Assembly (NCBI GenBank): GCA_964016885.1
Contig: OZ024742.1
Location: forward strand, 201,500,001-201,564,000
Length of the DNA: 64,000 nucleotides
From: Eledone cirrhosa
Taxonomy: Eukaryota
Direction: 5' to 3'
A program made the position numbers and the translations under genes. The notes beneath the pieces are model-generated. The model had not been told where the DNA came from. It did not search any database and was given only the letters and a program-made list of their open reading frames with translations. Position 1 is the first letter of the stretch, and the number at the start of each line of letters is the position of its first letter. This document shows, piece after piece, positions 1-14,530 of this stretch.

Positions 1-45
1 TTCGTAGAGATATCCGACTAAATACATAATTCATTTTACAAGGAT

Positions 46-3000
46 TTGCTACAAACAGCATGGCTGAACACAACATCAACAACAAAATTAAGGAAGTACC
101 GAAGACAACCAACAAGAAAGGTAAACAAATTTTATTCAGTTGTAGCTACAGAAGAAACCGAAATTATAAATCGCATTTCTCTTGGAGTTGCGAACTTAAT
201 AATGATTTATTTAATTGTTATAAAATGGCAAAAATCAATCCCTTCATTGGCTATATGAATAGAATGAAGCTACACTGGGACGAAATGCACCCAGAGCTAA
301 ATTATTTCTCAGCGAAACAATTACGCCAACAAGCGACATTTGTTCAACGTAAAAATAAGATAAATATTATTAATTGTAATGTAAGTCCCCCACAACAAAC
401 ATGGGATCAACAACACGTGCTACAGGTCGCCATGCTACTAGACTTCCTAGCAGCCAGGTCGAACAATGCCTTGAAACAACTATGCCTGTAAGAAACTTGA
501 CATCACGTGTACCATCTAAGTCTACCTCGAATGCTGGGGAAAACACCATCGATAATAATAATAATTGAAGAAATAATAATAATAATCGAAGAAATAATAA
601 TAATAATCGAAGAAATTTGACATCACGTGTACCATCCGAGTCTACCTCGACTGTTGTGGAAAATACTATCGATAATGATAATAATCAAAAGTATAAACAA
701 TTGAAAATTTCCCTCAACGAAATCTTCCAGAGAGAAATTAACTCATGTATAAATATCTCTCTGGCTGAACGTGTTAAAATGACAATGGTGAATAAAAAAC
801 CAAATAATGAAATAATACGTGTTATTGACGAAATAGGGGATGAATATTTACGACGGATAAAAACACCAACATTTTGGCAAATTAACGCCTATTTATATGC
901 CTTAGCAACGACAGTGAAGCATTATCTTGGTGATAACAAAGATATTAACAAGGACAAAACACCACCAAAAATACCATCATATATAACTAAAATAGAAAAA
1001 AAGATTGCTGATCTACGAAAAAACATAGGACATGTGACAATGCTCCTTACATGCAAACAAACACAAAAAACCTCACTCCTCACCAACAAAAAGTGAAAAA
1101 ATAAAATAGAGACGATGTTTGGTAACAGTAGAACCAGAACTCTTCAATATAAGCTGATCACCCTCAAACAAGAATTGAGAGCTGTTAGCGAAAAACGTAG
1201 ATGAGAGAAAAGTGATTAATAAAAGATTCAGACGAAACCAAACACCAGTCTATAGAGATATGAAGAACAAAATAATAAGTGTCACTGAAGCCCCATCCCA
1301 GAAAGACATAGATTCCTTTTGGAGCAAAATATGGGGTGAAAAGAAGAATTTCAACCAAGATGCAGTGTGGCTAAGAGAAATCCGAAAGAACTATTGCTCC
1401 TACACTACAACAAATACATACGAAATAAGTGAGGGTACCCTTGAGACGGTGATTGGAAAACTCCAAGATAAGAAAACACCAGGAAGAGACATGATTGTCG
1501 GCTACTGGTACAAAAAACTAATATTCTATCGGAGGTATCTTACTGACCTCTACCAACAAGTTCTTAAGGGAGATACACTTATACCAGAATGGTTGACATT
1601 AGCAGAAAGGTTACTGGTCCCCAAGAACAAAGACACCCACTTGCCAAAAAACTACCGACCCATTGCATGCCAGACCCTGATGTATAAGATGTATACAGCC
1701 TGCCTGAACCTATTCCTCCAAGATCACTGTGAAAATAATAACATCATCACAGATGAACAAGCAGCTGTAAAGAAAGGGGTTTGGAGATGTGGTGAACAAC
1801 TCCTAATCAACAAAACTGCGATGTCGGGGGTGCGTCAACTTAGGAGGAATATGGCTACAGTCTGGCTGGTCTACAGGAAAGCTTTCGATTCTGTTCCCCA
1901 CTCTTGGATGATAGAGGCCCTCCAACTTGCTAAAGTCCCAGACATTATTGTCAAAGCCATAGAGAGGCTGTCTTCTTCTTTGACTACTATCCTAAGGTTA
2001 AAGACAGAGAGGGAAGACTCTATTTTCACTGACAAAATAAAATATTGGAGGTGTGTATTTCAGGGGGACAGTCTCTCTGTGATATTATTCATCTTGTCAT
2101 TAAACCCCTTGTCCTTTCTGCTCAAGAAATGTGAAGGATACATCATTGGCTCACAGGAGGACAGAAATACGAACCTAACCCATAATTTCTTTGTGGACGA
2201 TCTGAAACTCTATGTCAAGAACATGGATGGGATGAAGAAAAATCTTGACCTGGTTACAACGTTCTCAAAGGATATAGGAATGGAGTTTGGCCAAGATAAA
2301 TGCTCATACATGACTATAAAGCGGGGGAAAACAACAACCCAATCTAGCAACATTGTCATCAATGGCCTAACTCTTTCACCGATATCTGATGAGGACTGCT
2401 ATAGATACCTGGGGATAGATGAGAACATATACTATAATGGTATCTGTAATAAAGAACGCGTAACCAGGGAATACTACACCCGATTAAGAAAGATCTGGTC
2501 ATCGGAACTCTCTGCGCAAAACAAAACAGTGGCTCACAATGTGTTTGCTGTGTCTTTCCTAACACCAACCTTTGGAATACTCAATTGGACGATAGACGAA
2601 ATCCGAGTAGTTGATGTTGGAACTCGAAAAATACTAAGCAACACCGGAAACTTCCACATCAACAATGATATAGACCGCCTTTACTTGAAACTTAAGCAGA
2701 GAGGCAGAGGCCTAACATCAGTCCAGACCACATTTGAATGTCGCATCATATCTCTCCGACAATACTTACGAAGCGTAGGAGCCCGTTTCTCGAGCAAGTC
2801 TATCTGCATGAAACAGATAAGATCATGAGAGTTGGGATGAAACCCCTCGAGAGATATTCCCTGTGTGATAATCAAAAACTCACACCCAGGGAAGTCGCTC
2901 AGCATTATCGCAGTGAATCCATGGATGAAAAACTGCATGCTTATCAGCAACAACTCATGCATAGATATGTTGCCAGGAAGCTCCAGAGTGAGAATAATAT

Positions 3001-3950
3001 AGATAAGGAAAGTAGTCTATCTTGGACCAACAACTGCTATATTGGCTCCCACTTTGAAGGATACGCTTTTGCAATCCAAGATCAGGAGATTAACACGAAC
3101 TACTTGATTCACAAAAGAGATAGGGATGCAGGCAAAACACCGAGATGTGATAACAAGTGCCGACTCTGCAGAACTAACATCGAGGATATCACCCATGTCA
3201 TCAGCAGCTGCCCAAAGATGTCATCGCGGTACTATCTACCTATGAGGCATGATGTAGTGGCCAAAACACTTTACAATGCAGTTCGTCAAAATGATCGCCC
3301 CGATAATAAACACATTAAAAGCTACAGCAATGTGGAAGACATCCATGTACATAATATGAAAGAGTACTGGTGGAATGTTCCAGTAAAAACCCCAATAAAA
3401 TGCAGGCATAACAGACCAGATATTATGATATGGGACAGGGAGAAGAAAGCATGCACAGTAGTGGAAATTAGCTGCCCAGCAGATGCCAATATAATATCAA
3501 AGATTAACAAAAAGGAGAATATTTATGTAGAACTGATTAGAAATATGCAGATACTCCACCCTGATTACACCTTCAGATTTATGCCTGTGATTATTGAGGC
3601 ACTGGGGTATGTCAGTAACTGCCTCAATACAAATCTTGAGAAGATAGGCTTCACAGGAACGAAAAGAACACAACTAGGTAGGAAATTACAAGTATAATCC
3701 ATTAATGGAACAGTAAAAATATGTAAAACATTCAAAGAATTTTGCATCTAATAACTGCTTATACACATGCACACATACACCTCAAAGCCTACACATCAAC
3801 ACATACTATAACATCCATATCTACACATGCATACATAATCTACCCAGTTGATGTTGTGTAAATTCCAATGAGAGAGTCTTGTGTCTATGTTAGAAACCGA
3901 CTCTCTCTTTATTGGGAACAAATTTGTGAAATTATAAAACCAGAAGAATA
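46..3950 (+). mobile_element. R4/Dong-like non-LTR retrotransposon (RT plus C-terminal restriction-like endonuclease), frameshifted
   Basis: ORFs 617-1096, 1212-2828 and 2738-3697. RT motifs NYRPIAC, KAFDSVPH, FQGDSLS, FFVDD and YRYLG; CCHC knuckle CRLC..HVISSC; RHD; REL motif RPDIMIWD..VVEISCP. Confidence 0.85.
492..684 (+). repeat. Internal ~70-bp direct duplication separated by a (GAAGAA-AATn) minisatellite
   Basis: ttgacatcacgtgtaccatc..gtctacctcga occurs at ~497 and ~617. Confidence 0.8.
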
Positions 3951-4099
3951 TAAATATATATCCGCACTAGACGAGGCATTCTACACTTAGATAGAGTAGA
4001 ATATATAGATGAGAGCCTCCGCAAAGCGCACACGAAAACGCATAACACAAACTCCAGAAACACACGCACACACGCATTTACGCATAGAACTACAAATTA

Positions 4100-4950
4100 T
4101 ACTGTAAATAGAAATACAACATCGAAATCAAACAAGTCACGCAGTAGAAAATATATTTGGTATCACCCCATATTTAACACCTCTATTAGTATTAACCTAC
4201 CCTCTACCTTCTTTAGAATAATAAATAAGCACTTTCCAGATTCACATAGATACAGCAAAATCCTTAACACTAAATCTATTAGACTATCTTACTCCACGGC
4301 ATCAAACATAGAGGCACACATTAAGATGCTTAACGCATCACAACACAACAACACCAGAACACAAATGTATAACAATAACAATACAATCACCATTGAACAC
4401 AACAGAATATCTAATACACAACCACCCGCTAATAGGCAAACAAAACGTAACACACTTGTACAGGCATCGCAGCCCACCAATAATGCCAGAGTTGTCCATG
4501 ACAAGAAATGTAACTGCCACCTACCTGAAACCTGTCCATTACATAATGAATGTATGCAGTCTAACCTGGTTTACCAATGCACAGTAGAATCAGACAACCA
4601 GAAATGGTATTACATCCGAGCGACTGGGAATACATTTAAAGCCCGTTGGTATACACACCGTTACGCAATGAAACATTTCCAACATCGTTATGTAACTACC
4701 CTTGCAAGCAAGACCTGGCAACTGAGGGAAAGTAAACACCAATACATCTTGAAGTGGAAAAAATTCTCGAACACGCTCCCATATCGGAGTGGCATATATG
4801 AGAAGCTGTCGATTATGTGACCTGGAGCTGTTCCACATTTTGAGTTCGAAGAATAAGTTACTCAACAATAAAATCGAAAGATCAATTTATTGTAACCATA
4901 GACTTAAAGAAAAGTTTTCGCACTACAAGTGCAAATCGAACCCTTAACCT
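4100..4950 (+). mobile_element. Penelope-like element 3' relic (Naiad-type GIY-YIG region)
   Basis: IWYHP motif near 4155. ORF 4326-4820 contains CNCHLPETCPLHNECMQSNLVYQCTV..YYI..T..TFKARW, followed by a frameshifted CRLC. Confidence 0.8.
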
Positions 4951-5650
4951 CTTACTACCACTTGTCAAACTGCTTATACTTAGACTTTTTACCCTCTTAT
5001 TGTATCTAACCCCTTTAATTACCCACAAAAACCAATACCTATATCCCTCCCTTCTCCTTCATTCCTTTTATATTTCATTTCGTTTTCTTCCTTTCTTCTC
5101 TCCCCGTTTTTGCTATCTTTTCTCTTCTTCTTTCTCACCCCTTCTTTATTTTTATTTTTATTTTTTTATAGATAAATTTATCTCTCTATACCTCCCCCCA
5201 TCTCCCTCTCTCTCTCCATCCCTCCCACTATAAACAATTTAATTCTCTTTAACTCATTACAATCTAAATCGACGACACGAAGTCTACGTATCAAAACTGA
5301 TCAAGGAATCCTTCCACCTCTACCCTCCCTCCATCTCAGTTTGTCACTCTACTTCCTAACTCTTCTCCCCCTTCCTCTATCTCTATACTATTCCGTTTGT
5401 CCCCCCACTTTCTAATTCCTCTTCCTCTCTCTCTATACTAGTAAATACAATACCAAAAAAATGTTTTCTATATATATTAAGAACTTTTTTAAGAGTAACT
5501 TACTCACTATTTTGAAAATTTGGACTGTGAACAACAATTATCATTGAGTGGCTGCTATTTGCAGTATAGCAATATAAGGTTGCACTTACCAATGACACGG
5601 TCGTAAATACCTGGATAAAATCCTTTTCTTAATGCTTACCTGTCTTTTCT

Positions 5651-5734
<84 letters not shown>

Positions 5735-6208
5735 CGATATATTAACAAATGGAAACTATATTTATAAAACCATATTTATTTCATTATACATATTTCAAGG
5801 GCACCATGTTAAATTATGGTGTGCTTTCATCAGATAAAATATAATATAGATCAGTTTTATAAATAAATATTGACATACCCTTAAAGAATGCGACCATTTC
5901 TGTTGGGAGCTCCCGGATAGTGGGGTTATAAGTTTATTTATACTATTTGCAAATTAGTGTCGGATATTTTTAATCACAGTAGATTTAAAATAAGCCGTTG
6001 GGGTATAGAGAAAGGGAAAGAGATAAAAAGAAAAAAGAGAAAAAAGCAAACTTTAAGAAGGAAATAAGAAAACAAGAAATTGGCTCAGTGGGCAGTCTTT
6101 CCTCACTTTAAAAAATATCTTCACGCACAGGCATTGCACGATAGAATTAATTAATAATTATTGACAATGGCATATCGTGGCCATACTTGATAACAAGGGG
6201 CAGCCATC

Positions 6209-6210
<2 letters not shown>

Positions 6211-6278
<68 letters not shown>

Positions 6279-6539
6279 TATATATATATTCATGCATATA
6301 TGTATGCATGTGCGTATGTATGTTTTACTGTAATTGTGACCGCTGTAAAAATGCATGAATTGCTACATGAGGGATTGTAGCTACATGACCAGTTACGTGG
6401 TTGCTCATGTATGTGAAGGTTTAACGTTTGCATATATTTAGACACCCACACACACGCGCGCTCGCACATACACACACAAGCGCACACAGACCCACAAACA
6501 GACACTAACACACACAGACATATATACACACAGACACAC

Positions 6540-6572
<33 letters not shown>

Positions 6573-6657
6573 CATATACATATATATACATATATATATA
6601 CATATATGTACATATATATACATATATATATATACATATATGTACATATATATACAC

Positions 6658-6748
<91 letters not shown>

Positions 6749-6749
6749 C

Positions 6750-6782
<33 letters not shown>

Positions 6783-6795
6783 CATATATATGTAC

Positions 6796-6852
<57 letters not shown>

Positions 6853-6903
6853 AGTAAGTGCCGTACTAAGAGTGAGAAATGAAATTTCGTTTTCATTTTA
6901 TTT

Positions 6904-6976
<73 letters not shown>

Positions 6977-7193
6977 TATGGGAAAAGTAACCGGGAAACA
7001 ACAAACCAAACAATACAGTACAGTGAAACAAGATGTTATTTCCCCTCTTTTAGAAGAGTTTTATCCTGAGTTTGAATCGTCAAATTTAAGAGGAATGTAA
7101 TTTGAGAGGGAATGTAAAAATTTGAAATTTGAAATTTGAAATCTGAAGTTTCAAATATATCCAATAACCCACACAACCATCGATATATGTTTG

Positions 7194-7238
<45 letters not shown>

Positions 7239-7297
7239 ACACACACACTCACACACTCACACGCACACAGGCGCGCACTCACACACACACATACACT

Positions 7298-7334
<37 letters not shown>

Positions 7335-7345
7335 ACAGACATATA
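6211..7345. repeat. Compound (TA)n/(TACA)n/(CA)n microsatellite block
   Basis: Long dinucleotide arrays seen directly; similar tracts occur throughout the window. Confidence 0.95.
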
Positions 7346-7920
7346 TAACAGGGGTGTCCCCTAAAATGTATACACTTTTGAGTTATCTGCTGTTAAAGAG
7401 CGTCTACATATCTGGAAGGGGGGCATGGTTGCACCAATTATGTTATGTTGTTTACCAAAGGGTAGATCTAGTGATTCTGGTTAGTAAACGATGATGCAAT
7501 AAATTAAAGCACACGAAATTATGCAAATCATCCATCTAGGATGTGGTATCCCGTGGCTGGTGCAGCAACGGGGTTTAATATCAATTAAAAACAACAGAAC
7601 CCCAGACTGGAAGCTTTCTTTAACATTTTAATCCTGCGAAATCACTATACATATTTTAATGGCCCAATGTCATCATACAATCATTGATGCAAGAGTGTCA
7701 CATTTTCTACTTTACATTCCATTTCATTCGATTTTATTTCATTCTGATTCTATATAATATTTCTTATATAAGTGGAGTACACCTTACTCTATAGTTTAAT
7801 ATAATTCACGTGGGATATATAAAATTCTGATACCCTATGTCTCAGTATGGTCTCCATACTAATAGCTAATGAATCACTTTCTTCAACTATATATTACGTA
7901 TTATATATTGTCAATCATTA

Positions 7921-8137
7921 GGGCGGTGGATTGGCAGTATCGGTAGCGAGTCTGTCACCATGCTATGCAGCATAGAGCTACGGTCCTTTACGGTCTGAGC
8001 TCAAAACCCGCCGAGGTCAACTTTGCTTTTGATCCTTACGGAGTCGATAAAATAAAGCACCAGTAACGTACTGGTGTCGATTTAATCGACTTTCCCCTTC
8101 CCATAAATTACTGGCCTTGTACCTATACTAGAAATCA
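7921..8137 (+). mobile_element. tRNA-derived SINE
   Basis: A-box-like TGGCAGTATCGG, B-box-like GAGCTCAAAACCC, and body ggtcaactttgc..gtcgataaaataaa..actggccttgt shared with several other copies in the window. Confidence 0.8.
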
Positions 8138-8332
8138 TATATTATCAATTATTAGTTTGTTTCTCGTTATGTCTCTTACTTCCTTGCTAAATGGAATATT
8201 TAATTAACAACGTAATTTATTTACCGCATAAACTTCATTATAGTTCATTTATACTGTAACTAAACCTACACTTTATTTTTATATATTTATATTTTTCATA
8301 TTTCATCTTATAGAATATAATTAAATTAACTA

Positions 8333-8501
8333 CCGTATTTCCCGGGCTCGAAGACGCTACCTTTTTCGTAAAATAAGTCTCAAAAATCTACCATGCGTTC
8401 TGGAGGCCGTAGGTTGTTTATTATTTTTTTTTCAAATTTTTCGTTGTCAAAATGAGGGTGCGTCTTCCAGGACGAAGCGTCTTCGGCGCCGGGAAATACG
8501 G
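8333..8501. mobile_element. Tc1/mariner (pogo/Tigger-like) MITE
   Basis: TIRs CCGTATTTCCCGG and CCGGGAAATACGG, flanked by a TA target duplication on both sides. Confidence 0.85.
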
Positions 8502-10309
8502 TATGTTATATTACATCTCATATTATATTTCATATGTATTATAATATTGAATGAGCCCTTCCATTCAATAAGAGCTACCGTTGAATGTCCCCATCCTTTC
8601 AATAAGTTATTTTAATTTCAATTTAACATTCAACTATATAGCTACATTTTCTACCAAGTACAGTTATATGTGATTAGTTACCTCTAACATTTCATCTACC
8701 GCGCCTTGGAGAAACACTAGAATATATCATGTGTTATCTACCTATCATCATATAATTTTCGTTGGTATCGTTAGCTTTGCCTGGTTTGAAGTGAGCCATC
8801 GACTGATCACCTGTGGCCCTTTGAGTAACACACAGGTCGGATAAATTTGGTTATATACCTTTAAATGCTTTGAATGAATGAATTAATTAATGTTTTCCTC
8901 TTTTCCTTATTTGAATATACTCGGCCACTAGTAACACAATCTTTTTAGTTTGTGAGGATGGGGAGGATTGTTAACACAGGCGAGGACTCACCGCACCACA
9001 TTTTCGACCACAATACAAACGCGCATACTTGCGCGAAATATTAGGTCGTCAAGTATGAAATGTGTAGAGATTTGTGGTTTTTCTATGAATTTCTACAAAT
9101 TTCATACTTGACGACCCAATAGTTTGATTAGCCCTTAATGATTTAAGAATTTACCATCGTGAATGTTTGACATAAGGATTATGATTAAACGCCTTTGTAA
9201 CAATTCCCTACCAACATTTTAATATTTGTATTTCTTCTCAATTTATATTATCTTATTTTATTTTTCGTAATTTATTTTTTCTTAATTTAATTAACGTAAC
9301 ACTCATACCTAATTTTTATAAGTTTAAATCCTGGTGGGAGATTTCAAGGCACATGTTGACACTGATAACCTGACTTTGGAAGAAGTGACTGGAAGGAACG
9401 GCCATTCCGATTTAAATACGTATGGAGAGGCCTAATTAGATCGTATCCTGTCAACACTTTAATATTTATAATTCTTCACAATTTGTCTTCTTTTATTTTA
9501 TTTTTCTAATTTATTTTCCTTAATTTATTTCTGGTTATGTAGTATGACGGCATTTGTAATTTTTGTATTTTCATTAACCTTACATCTCATATTCATAGAG
9601 AATTTACTTTAGTGGTATTCATCAAATTCGTAATCTGTCTTTGTACAGCAAGCGATTCATTATCTAATTTGTATAACCATCTTCAACAGTAGTAGAGTTC
9701 AAAGTATAACATTACTTTTCAACAGTCATAACAGACACATTATAATTTCCCTGTGGCTGTTGTATATTTTCCTCTCTGACTTCAGGAGTAGAAACGACTT
9801 CATCATCTCTAACCGCCTTTGTTGCTCATCTACATGTTCCTTTAAACGTTAACTAATTCTAATCACCCTCGCTTGATACAATGGTTTACTTTCTGATATC
9901 AAAAGTATGTCCTTTTCCATCCAAAACTCAAAGTACGTCGTCCTATTCCACGGCTTCCCTCCAGTTTTGCTCTTTCATGACATTCAATGAGTGTAGTGTA
10001 CTCATCCTTCATCCACTTGTGTCCAATTGTGGCCACATTCATTATGTGACTTGTTGCATGATAACGATCGTCAGGTTTCAGACCACATCCCTTAGGAGCC
10101 CTAAAAAAGGGCTCCAAACAAGCCGGGCGAGAGACTTTCACAGTAATTGCTTCCAGCATCATCCACGCCGTTAATTGTTTCATTGTTATTTTGCATCATG
10201 ATTCCATGAGAGTGGTTTGTGTAGTTTCCCATCCCCCGAGTATTTTTATTGAGGTACCACCTCTTTATAACCTGCCTTGCCAGGTTAAAGATTCTCTTTC
10301 TAGTAATAA

Positions 10310-10420
10310 TAATTGTTTCTACTTTGGCACAAGGTCAGGAATTACTCAGTGCATTACTGGTACTTTATTTCATCGACCACGTAAGGATGAAGGCAAAGTT
10401 AACTTCGGCAGGATTTGGAA
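10310..10420 (-). mobile_element. SINE 3' fragment
   Basis: Reverse complement of the SINE body (ggatgaaggcaaagttaacttcggcaggattt; tgtttctactttggcacaagg). Confidence 0.7.
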
Positions 10421-10860
10421 GTTTGCTTAAAGCATTATATATGATGTATAATGTGGAAAGAGATAGAAAGCTAAACAATGCAAAATGGACTGTCCTAATA
10501 TTTCGGGACCTAAAAAGAGAACTATTTCTACGTGCGCCCCCCCCCCCCCCCCACACACACGCACACACACACGCACACACACACTCATACACACATATTT
10601 ATGCTGAGCCAGGGGAAAAAATCAATTCTATCTGCGTGATACACACACACACTTATATATATGAAGCTGTTGGAAAAAGGCTGGAGCTCAGCCGTCAGGC
10701 TCCCGAATTTTTCATAATACTCTCCTACACCATGTATCGAGTACTCTGGTGAGCGATGGTCTAACTTGTTTTTACCATCTCCATTATATGTATATATATG
10801 TATATATTGTATATATTGTTATATTTGGGAAGCGTCATATTGTTATAATATTGCCAGAAA

Positions 10861-11180
10861 TCTATATATCTAAAACAGAGAATCTCTGTCTGTCTGTCTG
10901 GTTGTCTGTTTGCTCACTAAAGCTCGAGAACCACCCAACCGGTTTTTTTCAAACTTTACACATGTAAAACTTATGGTCCTGTGAGTGTTTTGAGAAAAAA
11001 AAATGTCAAATTTTCAAGGGACCGCATTAAGCGATTTAGCGATCTTTCTCTGTAATTCTTAGTCTTTCTTTTTAGATAGATACATAGATATAACGTTCCA
11101 CCCTTATAATATCTGTCTGTATGTCTAGTTGTCTGCATTACGATATTATGACGTTCTGTGTGTGTGTATATGTATATATA

Positions 11181-11231
<51 letters not shown>

Positions 11232-11560
11232 TGTGTAACGTTTTTCGAAATATTTACTTCTGCGTTCACAGAATGATATTTTTAGATTCAGAAGATCCCA
11301 TTAAGGGTGAAAGCAGTGCTTTTTTGCTTAAACTTTAATCTGTTATTTTAATATATATATATATATATGAAAAAAGTATGACCCCGACGGCAGAGCTCAA
11401 GCCGTTTCGACAGAAATAGCCGTCGAAACGGCCTGAGCTCTGCCGCCGAGGTCATACTTTTTCCTATTACCCACTCTACTACCCTAAGTATTGAGTACTC
11501 TGATGAGTTATGGTCCATCTGGTTCCTTACCATATCTCCTTCGTTATATATATCTATCTA

Positions 11561-11640
<80 letters not shown>

Positions 11641-11785
11641 TATATTCGTGTACATATATTTTTGCATACACAATGACAAAATATAAACAAACGTATTTAT
11701 TTCACGAGGCTTGATAGGATAAATATATATCAAATATATAATAACCCTAGAGCAAATCCAGAGCAACGCCGGGCCATTCTGCTAG
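10861..11785 (+). mobile_element. Non-autonomous Helitron with nested inserts
   Basis: 5' TCTATATATCTAAAA plus (TGTC)n; 3' GC-rich gagcaacgccgggc then CTAG; inserted between A and T. The empty site gccagaaa|tatataataaaacac matches the inverted arm at ~12050-12073. Confidence 0.8.
11369..11548 (+). mobile_element. Fold-back Penelope-end-like repeat, copy 1
   Basis: Palindrome 11369-11465 centred just 5' of GTCGAAACGGCC, then a unique tail ending ccttcgttata in (TA)n. Confidence 0.65.
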
Positions 11786-12075
11786 TATATAATAAAACAC
11801 ATTCACTGCTTGGTTTGGATTGGTTTTCACTTTTGTATATTTTATATCCCTGTAGTTAATATAGCTGGCAATCAATGTTTATCATTGATTGACCAACAGT
11901 TAAAAATATAGATATAAATATATATATATAGTCTATCAAAGTTCTTTCAACACACATTGGTCAATCAATGATAAACATAGGTCAATCAATGATAAACATA
12001 ACTATAGGGATATAAAATATACAGAAGCGAAAACCAATCCAAACCAAACAGTGTTTTATTATATATTTCTGGCAT
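11786..12075. repeat. Inverted-repeat element; related partial copy at ~17615-17740
   Basis: Arm aataaaacac..tttggattggttttc..tatccct pairs with agggatata..gaaaaccaatccaaa..gtgttttatt. Confidence 0.7.
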
Positions 12076-12109
12076 GTGTTGTGTGTGTGTGTGTGTCTGT
12101 CTGTATGTA

Positions 12110-12140
<31 letters not shown>

Positions 12141-12166
12141 GCGTATGCGTGTGTGTGTGTGTGTAT

Positions 12167-12234
<68 letters not shown>

Positions 12235-12861
12235 TTCGTATTCTTAAGAAAAGCAGGTAAAAGCGATGCCAAGGGACCGAACCCCAAATTTCATGTTTCT
12301 GAAGTAGACATTACATTTTAGACATCCTACTACGGCTATTGTATTTTGCACTATGCTATTTATATGTTAAAATGACGAACTCGACAACATATCTAGTATT
12401 TCATCTATGGTTTCTGATAATCGATTAGTGGTTATATATTTTTTGGTTCATGGCAGATTTAGTCTTTTATTGTCCTCTTCTCTTGTCAGTAAGCTTGATC
12501 CTTTTATTTCAAGTTTGCATACCACAACGATAGCCGCTTGATTACCTATGAACATTCAGTCATATGTCACAGAAAATCATACAGCTTGACTCGTGGTAGC
12601 TAAACGAAATAGCAGATATATTAAAGTTGATGAATTGGTCATTGGTCAAATGGACAGTTCAATGTATAGATTAGTTGGTCTTCCTATTGGCTGCTTGGAC
12701 GCAGATATACATGGAGTCAAACACACTCATTGACACACGTACACACACCGACACGCACATGTATATATAAGCATGCATGTAAAAGGTAAACAGAAAAAAC
12801 AAAGCAAACGATACAGTGTATACATATATATATATATATTTATATATATATATATATATAT

Positions 12862-13072
12862 ATAACGAAGGAAATGTGGTAAGGAACCAGGTGGACCATA
12901 ACGCACCAAAGTACTCAATACTTAGGGTAGTAGAGTGGGTAATAGGAACGAGTAAGACCCCGACGGCTGAGCTCAAGCCGTTTCGACGGCTAATTCTGGA
13001 CTAAAATGGACTTTTTAGTCCAGAATTAGCCGTCGAAACGGCTTGAACTCAGCCGTCGGGGTCTTACTCGTT

Positions 13073-13076
<4 letters not shown>
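12862..13076 (-). mobile_element. Fold-back Penelope-end-like repeat, copy 2
   Basis: Near-perfect palindrome 12943-13075 plus the same tail as copy 1 in reverse orientation, flanked by (TA)n. Confidence 0.65.
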
Positions 13077-13119
<43 letters not shown>

Positions 13120-13310
13120 ACATATACAAATATATATCAACTACAATCGACTAATATCTTACTGTAAGCGATGTGAATGAAAAAGAAACCCCAGTGATAT
13201 TAAACTTTACTCGAAATTAATACATATGCAATTCAGGTAAAATTATATGGCTACATTAAATTTTGAAAATGCTGTCCGTGTTCGCGACCACCATACCGAC
13301 ACACACACAC

Positions 13311-13340
<30 letters not shown>

Positions 13341-13345
<5 letters not shown>

Positions 13346-14485
13346 TATAAAGTAAAGTATGTCCATAGAATCATTTGATAATATATATATACATCATCTC
13401 CTCTCCCAATTAGCATAATTAACCACACAAAAAATCAATTAGACCAGGCTATAAGTTTAAAAGGCACCAATGAAGAAACAGTAAATAAATAAACAATAGC
13501 AGCCTCTTCGCGGCCAAACGTTATAGAATATGTATCCAACATTTCAACAGCACGTGGAAATCAATTAAATATACGGTCAACCAATTAGGTATACAAATAA
13601 AGTTAGAAATGCTTATATACATACCAGGATTACATCCCTACCCTTGGACTTCGTTCTCATTTTGAGATATCCTATTAAGGATAAATCTCGAGTTTCGAAC
13701 TCGTCAGGGGACAAACTCACTAGGATAGATTATTTTCTGAAGTGGCCCCCGTCAAACACGAATTCAAAATGACTAAGAACTGTGACGTGGCAGTGGTTAA
13801 GTCAGAAAGAGTGTGATTGGTTGCTTACGGCGAGTGGTTTGGTTGCTAGAAAACGCAGGCCAATATTGCCCAAATTGTATCTCAAACTCATGGGAGATTA
13901 TTAAATATAAATATTTACATATACACCAATTAAACAAAGTCATAGATATATATGTGTTTGGGCAACCATTCACGATGTGGCTCAATGAAGTATTAATAAA
14001 TTAAATAATCAGAGCAATATACTATAAAGTAAAGTATGTCCATAGAATCATTTGATAATATATATACATCATTTCCTCTCCCAATTAGCATAATTAACTA
14101 CACAAAAAATCAATTAGACCAGGCTATAAGATTTAAAGGCACCTATGAAGAAACAGTAAATAAATAAACAATAGCGGCCAACCGCTAAAGAATATTTACC
14201 CAACATTTCAACAGCACGTGGAAATTAAATAAATATACGGTCAACCATACACAATATTTTATACCTAATTGTGTATGGTTGGCCGTATATTAAATTAATT
14301 TCCACGTGCTGTTGAAATGTTGGGTAAATATTCTATAGCGGTTGGCCGCGAAGAGGCTGCTATTGTTTATTTATTTACTGTTTCTTCATAGGTGCCTTTT
14401 AATCTCATAGCCTGGTCTAATTGATTTTTTGTGTGGTTAATTATGCTAATTGGGAGAGGAGATGATGTATATATATTATCAAATG

Positions 14486-14492
<7 letters not shown>
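13341..14492 (-). mobile_element. Pseudo-LTR-like structure: ~680-bp-period direct repeat plus ~450-bp palindrome
   Basis: 13341-13590 is repeated at 14019-14255, and 14042-14492 is palindromic. A degenerate hammerhead core lies on the minus strand at 13686-13711. Confidence 0.6.

Positions 14493-14529
<37 letters not shown>

Positions 14530-14530
<1 letters not shown>

Noticed and set aside
6177-7348. Many ORFs of the YIYI, HTHT or CVCV type here and across the window
   Set aside because: Translations of (TA)n and (CA)n microsatellites, not genes.
7921-8020. tRNA gene
   Set aside because: A/B-box-like motifs are present, but there is no cloverleaf and the head is fused to a repeated SINE body.
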